From NCBI RefSeq assembly GCF_009914755.1, contig NC_060933.1: a stretch of DNA of 64,000 nucleotides, one strand, 5' to 3'. Source of the stretch: the human T2T-CHM13v2.0 reference genome, Homo sapiens. The notes beneath the pieces are model-generated. The model did no database searches, was not told the DNA's origin, and worked only from the letters and a program-made list of their open reading frames with translations. Made by a program: the position numbers and the translations under genes. Shown here piece after piece: positions 51,201 to 63,200 of this stretch (position 1 is its first letter; every line of letters starts with the position of its first letter).

Positions 51201-54200
51201 TGGAATGGAATGGAATGGAATTAACCCGAATACAATGGAATGGAATGGAATGGAACGGAATGGAGTGGAATGGAATGGAATCAACCCGAGTGTAATGGAA
51301 TGGAAAGGACTGGAATGGAGTGGAATGGAATGGAATGCAATGGAATGGAATCAACTCGATTGGAATGGAATGGAATGGAATGGAATCTTCCGGAATGGAA
51401 TGGAATTGAATGGAATGGAATGGAATGGTATGGAATAAACCCGATTGCAATGGAATGGAGTGGAATGGAATGGAATGGAATGGAACAACCCGAATGGAAT
51501 GGAATGTAATGGAGAGTAAGGGAGTTGAATAGAATCAATCCGAATGGAATGGAATGGAATGGAACGGAATGGAATTGAATGGAATGGAATGGAATGCAAT
51601 GGAATGGAATCAACCCGAGTGCAATGGAATGGAGAGGAATGGAATGGAATGGAATGGAAACTACCCGAATGGAATGGAATGTAATGGAGTGTAAGGGAAT
51701 TGAATAGAATCAATCCGAATGTAATGGAATGGAATGGAACGGAATGGAATGGAATGGAATGGAATGGAATGGAATGCAATGGAATGGAATCAACCCGAGT
51801 GCAATCGAATGGAATCGAATTGAATGGAATGCAATGGAATGGATTCAACTTGAATGGAATGGAAAGAAGGGAATCAACACGAGTGGAAGGGCATGGATTG
51901 GAATGCAATGGAATGGAAACAACCCGAGTACAGTGGAATGGAATGGAATGGAATGCAATGGAATGGAATCATCCGTAATGGAATGGAAAGGAATGGAATG
52001 GAATGGAATGGAATGGAATGGAATGGAATGGAATCAACACGATTGCAATCGAATGGAATGGAATGGAATTAACCCGAATAGAATGGAATGGAATGGAATG
52101 GAAAGGAACGGAATGGAATGGAATGGAATGGAATGGAATGGAATGGAGCGGAACGGAATGGAATGGAATGGAATGGAATGGAATGGAATGGAATGGATTC
52201 AACGCGAGTGCAGGGGAATGGAATGGAATGGAATGCAATGGAATGGAATCTTCCGGAATGGAATGGAATAGAATGGAATGGAATGGAATGGAATGGAATC
52301 AACCCGAGTACAGGGGAATGGAATGGAAGGTAATGCAATGGAATGGAATCATCCGTAATGGAATGGAAAGGAATGGAATGGAATGGAATGGAATGGAATG
52401 GAATGGAATCACCTCGATTGCAATCGAATGGAATGGAATGGAATTAATCCGAATAGAATGGAATCAAATGGAACGGAACGGAACGGAATGGAATGGAATG
52501 GAATGGAATGGAATGGAACGGAACGGAACGGAATGGAATGGAATGGAATGGAATGGAATGGAATGGAATCAACGCGAGTGCAGGGGAATGGAATGGAATG
52601 GAATGCAATGGAATGGAATCTTCCGGAATGGAATGGAATGGAATGAAATGGACTCAACTCGATTGCAATGGAATGGAATAGAATGGAATGGAATGGAATG
52701 GAATGGAATTAACCCGAATAAAATGGAATGGATTGGGATGGAACGGAACGGAACGGAACGGAATGGAATGGAATGGAATGGAACGGAATGGTATGGAATG
52801 GAATGGAATGGTACGGAATAGAATGGAATGGAAAGAATTGGAATGGAATGGAATGGAATGGAATGGAATGGAATGGAATGGAATCAACCCGAGTGCAGGG
52901 GAATGTAATGGAACGGAATGTAATCGAATGGAATCATCCGGAATGGAATGGAATGGAATGGAATGGAATGGAATGGAATGGAACCAACTCGATTGTGATG
53001 GAATGGAATGGAATGGAATGGAATGGAATGGAATTAACCCGAATACAATGGAATGGAATGGAATGGAACGGAATGGAGTGGAATGGAATGGAATCAACCC
53101 GAGTGCTGAGGAATGGATTGGAATGGAATGCAATGGAATGGAATCATCCGGAATGGAATGGAATGGAATGGAATGCAAAGCAATGGAATCAACTCGATTG
53201 CAATGGAATGGAATGGAATGGAAAGGAATACATTGGAATCAACCCGAGTGGAATGGAATGGAAAGGACTGGAATGGAGTGGAATGGAATGGAATGGAATG
53301 GAATGGAATCAACTCGATTGGAATGGAATGGAATGGAATGGAATGGAATGGAATTAACCCGAATAGAATGGAATGGAATGGAATGGAATGGAACGGAACG
53401 GAACGGAATGGAATGGAATGGAATGCAATGGAATGGAATGGAATGGAATCAACCCGACTGCAGGGGAATGGAATGGAATGGAATGCAATGTAATGGATTC
53501 AACTTGAATGGAATGCAAAGAATGGAATCAACACGAGTGGAATGGCATGGATTGGAATGGAATGGAATGGAATGAACCCGAGTATAGGGGAATGGAATGG
53601 AATGGAATGCAATGGAATGGAATCATCCGTAATGGAATGGAAAGGAATGGAATGGAATGGAATGGAATGGAATGGAATGGAATGGAATCAACTCGAATGC
53701 AGTCGAATGCAATGGAATGGAATTAACCCGAATAGAATGGAATGGAATGGAATGGAACGGAACGGAACGGAACGGAATGGCATGGAATGGAATGGAATGG
53801 AATGGAATGGAATGAACGCGAGTGCAGGGGAATGGAATGGAATGGAATGCAATGGAATGGAATCTTCTGGAATGGAATGGAATGGAATGGAATGGAATGG
53901 AATGGAATGGAATAAACCCGATTGCAATGGAATGGAGTGGAATGGAATGGAATGGAATGGAACAACCCGAATGGAATGGAATGTAATGGAGAGTAAGGGA
54001 GTTGAATAGAATCAATCCGAATGTAATGGAATGGAATGGAACGGAATGGAATTGAATGGAATGGAATGGAATGCAATGGAATGGAATCAACCCGAGTGCA
54101 ATGGAATGGAGAGGAATGGAATGGAATGGAATGGAAACTACCCGAATGGAATGGAATGTAATGGAGTGTAAGGGAATTGAATAGAATCAATCCGAATGTA

Positions 54201-57200
54201 ATGGAATGGAATGGAACGGAATGGAATGGAATGGAATGCAATGGAATGGAATGGAATGCAATGGAATGGAATCAACCCGAGTGCAATCGAATGGAATCGA
54301 ATGGAATGGAATGCAATGGAATGGATTCAACTTGAATGGAATGGAAAGAATGGAATCAACACGAGTGGAATGGCATGGATTGGAATGCAATGGAATGGAA
54401 TCAACCCGAGTACAGTGGAATGGAATGGAATGGAATGCAATGGAATGGAACCATCCGTAATGGAATGGAAAGGAATGGAATGGTATGGAATGGAATGGAA
54501 TGGAATGGATTGGAATCAACACGATTGCAATAGAATGGAATGGAATGGAATTAACCCAAATAGAATGGAATGGAATGGAATGGAACGGAACGGAACAGAA
54601 TGGAATGGAATGGAATGGAATGGAATGGAACGGAACGGAACGGAATGGAATGGAATGGAATGGAATGGAATGGAATGGAATGGAATCAACGTGAGTGCAG
54701 GGGAATGGAATGTAATGGAATGCAATGGAATGGAATCTTCCGGAATGGAAAGGAATGGAATGGAATGGAATCAACCCGAGTGCAATGGAATGGAGTGGAA
54801 TGGAATGGAATGGAATGGAACAACCCGAATGGAATGGAATGTAATGGAGAGTAAGGGAGTTGAATAGAATCAATCCGAATGTAATGGAATGGAATGGAAA
54901 GGAATGGAATTGAATGGAATGGAATGGAATGCAATGGAATGGAATCAACCCGAGTGCAATCGAATGGAATCGAATGGAATGGAATACAATGGAATGGATT
55001 CAACTTGAATGGAATGGAAAGAATGGAATCAACACGAGTGGAAGGGCATGGATTGGAATGCAATGGAATGGAATCAACCCGAGTACAGGGGAATGGAATG
55101 GAATGGAATGCAATGGAATGGAATCATCCGTAATGGAATGGAAAGGAATGGAATGGAATGGAATGGAATGGAATGGAATGGAATGGAATCAACACGATTG
55201 CAATCGAATGGAATGGAATGGAATTAACCCAAATAGAATGGAATGGAATGGAATGAAACGGAATGGAATGGAATGGAATGGAATGGAATGGAATGGAATG
55301 GAACGGAACAGAAAGGAATGGAATGGAATGGAATGGAATGGAATGGAATCAACGCGAGTGCAGGGGAATGGCATGGATTGGAATGCAATGGAATGGAATC
55401 TTCCGGAATGGAATGGAATGGAATGGAATGAAATGCAATGGATTCAACTCGATTGCAATGGAATGGAATAGAATGGAATGGAATGGAATGGAATGGGATT
55501 AACCCGAATAGAATGCAATGGAATGGAATGGAACGGAGTGGAACGGAATGGAATGGAATGGAATGGAATGGAATGAAATGGAATGGTATGGAATGGAATG
55601 GTACGGAATAGAATGGAATGGAACGAATTGTAATGGAATGGAATTGAATGGAATGGAATGGAATGGAATGGAATCAACGCGAGTGCAGGGGAATGTAATG
55701 GAACGGAATGCAATGGAATGGAATCATCCGGAATGGAATGGAATGGAATGGAATGGAATGGAATCAACCCGAGTGCAATGGAATGGAGTGGAATGGAATG
55801 GAATGGAATGGAATGGAATGGAATCAACGCGAGTGCAGGGGAATGGAATGGAATGGAATGCAATGGAATGGAATCTTCCGGAATGGAATGGAATGGAATG
55901 GAATGGAATGGAATAGAATCAACCCGAGTGCAATGGAATGGAGTGGAATGGAATGGAATGGAATGGAACAACCCGAATGGAATGGAATGTAATGGAGACT
56001 AAGGGAGATGAATAGAATCAATTAGAATGTAATGGAATGGAATGGAACGGAATGGAATTGAATGGAATGGAATGGAATGCAATGGAATGGAATCAACCCG
56101 AGTGCAATGGAATGGAGAGGAATGGAATGGAATGGAATGGAAACTACCCGAATGGAATGGAATGTAATGGAGTGTAAGGGAATTGAATAGAATCAATCCG
56201 AATGTAATGGAATGGAATGGAACGGAACGGAATGGAATGGAATGGAATGGAATGGAATGGAATGGAATGCAATGGAATGGAATCAACCCGAGTGCAATCG
56301 AATGGAATCGAATTGAATGGAATGCAATGGAATGGATTCAACTTGAATGGAATGGAAAGAATGGAATCAACACGAGTGGAAGGGCATGGATTGGAATGCA
56401 ATGGAATGGAAACAACCCGAGTACAGGGGAATGGAATGGAATGGAATGCAATGGAATGGAATCATCCGTAATGGAATGGAAAGGAATGGAATGGAATGGA
56501 ATGGAATGGAATGGAATTAACCCGAATAGAATGGAATGGAATGGAATGGAACGGAATGGAACGGAATGGAATGGCATGGAAAGGAATGGAATGGAATGGT
56601 ATGGAATGGAATGGAATGGTAGGGAATAGAATGGAATGGAACGAATTGTAATGGAATGGAATGGAATGGAATGGAATGGAATGGAATGGAATGGAATGGA
56701 ATCAACGCGAGTGCAGGGGAATGTAATGGAACGGAATGCAATGGAATGGAATCATCCGGAATGGAATGGAATGGAATGGAATGGAATGGAATCAACCCGA
56801 GTGCAATGGAATGGAGTGGAATGGAATGGAATGGAATGGAACAACCCGAATGGAATGGAATGTAATGGAGAGTAAGGGAGTTGAATAGAATCAATCGGAA
56901 TGTAATGGAATGGAATGCAACGGAATGCAAAGGAATGGAATGGAATGGAATGGAATGGAATGGAATGCAAAGGAATGGAATCAACCCGAGTGGAATGGCA
57001 TGGAATGGAATGCAATGGAATGGAATGGAATGGAATCAACTCGAATGGAAAGGAATGGAATGGAATGGAAAGGAATGGAATGAAATCAACTCGAGTGGAA
57101 TGGAATGGAATGGATTGGAATGGATTGCAATGGAATGAAATGGAATGGAATGGAATATAATCAATCATTCCGAGTGGAATGGAAGGGAATGTAATGGAGT

Positions 57201-60200
57201 GGAAAGAAGGGAATGGAATCAACCCGATTGGAATGCAAGGCAATGGAATCGAACGGAAAGGAATGGAATGGAATCAACTCGATTGCAATGGAATGGAATG
57301 GAATGGAATGGAATGGAATGGAATGGAATGGAATTAACCGGAATAGAATGGAATGCAATGGAATGGAACGGAATGGAATGGAATAGAAGGTAATGGAATC
57401 AACACGAGTGCAGGGGAATGGAATGGAATGGAATGCAATGGAATGGAATCATCCGGAATGGAATGGAATGGAATGGAATCAACTCCATTGCAATGGAATG
57501 GAATGGAATGGAATGGAATAGAATGGAATGGAATTAACTCGAATAGAATGGAATGCAATAGAATGGAATGGAACGGAACCGAATGGAGTGGAATGGAATG
57601 GAATGGAATCAACCTGAGTGCAGGGGAATGGAATGGAATGGAATGCAACGGAATGGAATCATCCGGAATGGAATGGAATGGAATGGAATGGAATCAAACC
57701 GAGTGCAATGGAATGGAGTGAAATGGAATGGAATGGAATGGAAACAACCAGAATGGATTGGAATATAATGGAGTGTAAGGGAATTGAATAGAATCAAAAT
57801 GAATGTAATGAAATGGAATGGAACGGAATGGAATGGAATGGAATGGAATGGAATGGAATGGAATGGAATGGAATCAAACCGAGTGGAATGGCATGGAATG
57901 GAATGCAATGGAATGGAATGCAATGGAATGGAATGGTTCGGAATAGAATGGATTGGAACAAAATGGAATGGAATGGAATGGAATGGAATGGAATGGAATG
58001 GAATAGAATGGAATGGAATGGAATCAAGTCGGTTGCAGTGGAATAGAATGGAATGGAATGGAACGGAGTGGAATGGAATGGAATGGAATGGAATGGAATT
58101 AAATGGAATGGAAAGGAATGGAATCAACCAGAGTGGAATGGAAGGGAATGGAATGGAATGGAAACTAATAGAATGGAATCAACCCGAGTGGAATGGAATG
58201 GAAAGGACTGGAATGGAATGGAATGGAATGGAATGGAATGGAATCAACTCGATTGTAATGGAATGGAATGGAATGGAATGGAATGGAATTAACCTGAATA
58301 CAATGGAATGGAATGGAATGGAACGGAATGGAGTGGAATGGAATGGAATCAACCCGAGTGCAGGGGAATGGAATGGAATGGAATGCAATGGAATGGAATC
58401 ATCCGGAATGGAATGGAATGGAATGGAATGCAAAGCAATGGAATCAACTCGATTGCAATGGAATGGAATGGAATGGAAGGGAATACATTGGAATCAACCC
58501 GAGTGGAATGGAATGGAAAGGACTGGAATGGAGTGGAATGGAATGGAATGGAATCAACTCGATTGGAATGGAATGGAATGGAATGGAATGGAATGGAATT
58601 AACCCGAATAGAATGGAATGGAATGGAATGGAATGGAATCAACGCGAGTGCAGGGGAATGGAATGGAATGGAAAGTAATGGAATGGAATCTTCCGGAATG
58701 GAATGGAATGGAATGGAATGGAATGAAAGGCAATGGATTCAACTCGATTGCAATGCAATGGAATAGAATGGAAGGGAATGGAATGGAATGGAATGGAATT
58801 GAATGGAATGGAATGCCTTCAAACCGAATGGAATGGAAAGGAATGGAATCAACACGAGTGGAAAGGAATGGAATGGAAAGGAATGGAAAGGAATGGAATG
58901 GTACCGAATAGAACGGAATGGAACGAACTGGAATGGAATGGAATGGATTGGAATGGAATGGAATGGAATGGAATGGAATCGTTCCGAGTGGAATAGGAGG
59001 GAATGTATTCGAGTGGAATGGAAAGGAAAGGAATCAACCAGAGTGGAATGGAAGGGAATGGAATGGAATGGAAACTAATAGAATGGAATCAACCCGAGTG
59101 GAATGGAATGGAAAGGACTGGAATGGAATGGAATGGAATGGAATGGAATGGAATGGAATGGAATCAACTCGATTGTAATGGAATGGAATGGAATGGAATG
59201 GAATGGAATGGAATGGAATGGAATGGAATTAACCCGAATACAATGGAATGGAATGGAATGGAACGGAATGGAGTGGAATGGAATGGAATCAACCCGAGTG
59301 TAATGGAATGGAAAGGACTGGAATGGAGTGGAATGGAATGGAATGCAATGGAATGGAATCAACTCGATTGGAATGGAATGGAATGGAATGGAATGCAATG
59401 GAATGGAATCTTCCGGAATGGAATGGAATGGAATGGAATGGAATGGAATCAACCCGAGTGCAATGGAATGGAGTGGAATGGAATGGAATGGTATGGAACA
59501 ACCCGAATGGAATGGAATGTAATGGAGAGTAAGGGAGTTGAATAGAATCAATCCGAATGGAATGGAATGGAATGGAACGGAATGGAATTGAATGGAATGG
59601 AATGGAATGCAATGGAATGGAATCAACCCGAGTGCAATGGAATGGAGAGGAATGGAATGGAATGGAATGGAAACTACCCGAATGGAATGGAATGTAATGG
59701 AGTGTAAGGGAATTGAATAGAATCAATCCGAATGTAATGGAATGGAATGGAACGGAATGGAATGGAATGGAATGGAATGGAATGGAATGGAATGGAATGC
59801 AATGGAATGGAATCAACCCGAGTGCAATCGAATGGAATCGAATTGAATGGAATGCAATGGAATGGATTCAACTTGAATGGAATGGAAAGAATGGAATCAA
59901 CACGAGTGGAAGGGCATGGATTGGCATGCAATGGAATGGAAACAACCCGAGTACAGGGGAATGGAATGGAATGGAATGCAATGGAATGGAATCATCCGTA
60001 ATGGAATGGAAAGGAATGGAATGGAATGGAATGGAATGGAATGGAATGGAATGGAATGGAATCAACACGATTGCAATCGAATGGAATGGAATGGAATTAA
60101 CCCGAATAGAATGGAATGGAATGGAATGGAACGGAACGGAATGGAATGGAATGGAATGGAATTGAATGGAACGGAACGGAATGGAATGGAATGGAATGGA

Positions 60201-63200
60201 ATGGAATGGAATGGAATCAACGCGAGTGCAGGGGAATGGAATGGAATGGAATGCAATGGAATGGAATCTTCCAGAATGGAATGGAATAGAATGGAATGGA
60301 ATGGAATGGAATGGAATCAACCCGAGTACAGGGGAATGGAATGGAAGGTAATGCAAAGGAATGGAATCATCCGTAATGGAATGGAAAGGAATGGAATGGA
60401 ATGGAATGGAATGGAATGGAATGGAATCACCTCGATTGCAATCGAATGGAATGGAACGGAATTAACCCGAATAGAATGGAATCAAATGGAACGGAACGGA
60501 ACGGAACGGAATGGAATGCAATGGAATGGAATGGAACGGAACGGAACGGAATGGAATGGAATGGAATGGAATGGAATGGAATCAACGCGAGTGCAGGGGA
60601 ATGGAATGGAATGGAATACAATGGAATGGAATCTTCCGGAATGGAATGGAATGGAATGAAATGGACTCAACTCGATTGCAATGGAATGGAATAGAATGGA
60701 ATGGAATGGAATGGAATGGAATTAACCCGAATAAAATGGAATGGATTGGGATGGAACGGAACGGAACGGAATGGAATGGAATGGAATGGAATGGAATGGA
60801 ATGGTATGGAATGGAATGGAATGGTACGGAATAGAATGGAATGGAAAGAATTGGAATGGAATGGAATCGAATGGAATGGAATGGAATGGAATCGAATCAA
60901 CCCGAGTGCAGGGGAATGTAATGGAACGGAATGTAATCGAATGGAATCATCCGGAATGGAACGGAATGGAATGGAATGGAATGGAATGGAACAAACTCGA
61001 TTGTGATGGAATGGAATGGAATGGAATGGAATGGAATGGAATGGAATGGAATGGAATTAACCCGAATACAATGGAATGGAATGGAATGGAACGGAATGGA
61101 GTGGAATGGAATGGAATCAACCCGAGTGCAGAGGAATGGAATGGAATGGAATGCAATGGAATGGAATCATCCGGAATGGAATGGAATGGAATGGAATGCA
61201 AAGCAATGGAATCAACTCGATTGCAATGGAATGGAATGGAATGGAAAGGAATACATTGGAATCAACCCGAGTGGAATGGAATGGAAAGGACTGGAATGGA
61301 GTGGAATGGAATGGAATGGAATGGAATGGAATCAACTCGATTGGAATGGAATGGAATGGAATGGAATGGAATGGAATTAACCCGAATAGAATGGAATGGA
61401 ATGGAATGGAATGGAAGGGAACGGAACGGAATGGAATGGAATGGAATGGAATGGAATGGAATGGAATCAACCCGACTGCAGGGGAATGGAATGGAATGGA
61501 ATGCAATATAATGGATTCAACTTGAATGGAATGGAAAGAATGGAATCAACACGAGTGGAATGGCATGGATTGGAATGGAATGGAATGGAATAAACCCGAG
61601 TACAGGGGAATGGAATGGAATGGAATGCAATGGAATGGAATCATCCGTAATGGAATGGAAAGGAATGGAATGGAATGGAATGGAATGGAATGGAATGGAA
61701 TGGAATCAACTCGAATGCAGTCGAATGGAATGGAATGGAATTAACCCGAATAGAATGCAATGGAATGGAATGGAACGGAACGGAACGGAACGGAATGGCA
61801 TGGAATGGATTGGAATGGAATGGAATGGAATGGAACGGAAAGGAATGGAATGGAATGGAATGGAATGGAATGGAATGGAATGGAATGAACGCGAGTGCAG
61901 GGGAATGGAATGGAATGGAATGCAATGGAATGGAATCTTCTGGAATGGAATGGAATGGAATGGAATGGAATGGAAGGGAATGGAATAAACCCGAGTGCAA
62001 TGGAATGGAGTGGAATGGAATGGAATGGAATGGAACAACCCGAATGGAATGGAATGTAATGGAGAGTAAGGGAGTTGAATAGAATCAATCCGAATGTAAT
62101 GGAATGGAATGGAACGGAATGGAATTGAATGGAATGGAATGGAATGCAATGGAATGGAATCAACCCGAGTGCAATGGAATGGAGAGGAATGGAATGGAAT
62201 GGAATGGAAACTACCCGAATGGAATGGAATGTAATGGAGTGTAAGGGAATTGAATAGAATCAATCCGAATGTAATGGAATGGAATGGAACGGAATGGAAT
62301 GGAATGGAATGCAATGGAATGGAATGGAATGCAATGGAATGGAATCAACCCGAGTGCAATCGAATGGAATCGAATGGAATGGAATGCAATGGAATGGATT
62401 CAACTTGAATGGAATGGAAAGAATGGAATCAACACGAGTGGAATGGCATGGATTGGAATGCAATGGAATGGAATCAACCCGAGTACAGTGGAATGGAATG
62501 GAATGGAATGCAATGGAATGGAACCATCCGTAATGGAATGGAAAGGAATGGAATGGTATGGAATGGAATGGAATGGAATGGATTGGAATCAACACGATTG
62601 CAATAGAATGGAATGGAATGGAATTAACCCAAATAGAATGGAATGGAATGGAATGGAACGGAACGGAATGGAATGGAATGGAATGGAATGGAATGGAACG
62701 GAACGGAATGGAATGGAATGGAATGGAATGGAATGGAATCAACGCGAGTGCAGGGGAATGGAATGTAATGGAATGCAATGGAATGGAATCTTCCGGAATG
62801 GAATGGAATGGAATGGAATGGAATCAACCCGAGTGCAATGGAATGGAGTGGAATGGAATGGAATGGAATGGAACAACCCGAATGGAATGGAATGTAATGG
62901 AGAGTAAGGGAGTTGAATAGAATCAATCCGAATGTAATGGAATGGAATGGAAAGGAATGGAATTGAATGGAATGGAATGGAATGCAATGGAATGGAATCA
63001 ACCCGAGTGCAATGGAATGGAGAGGAATGGAATGGAATGGAGTGGAAACTACCCGAATGGAATGGAATGTAATGGAGTGTAAGGGAATTGAATAGAATCA
63101 ATCCGAATATAATGGAAAGGAATGGAACGGAATGGAATGGAATGGAATGGAATGGAATGGAATGGAATGGAATGGAATGCAATGGAAAGGATTCAACCCG

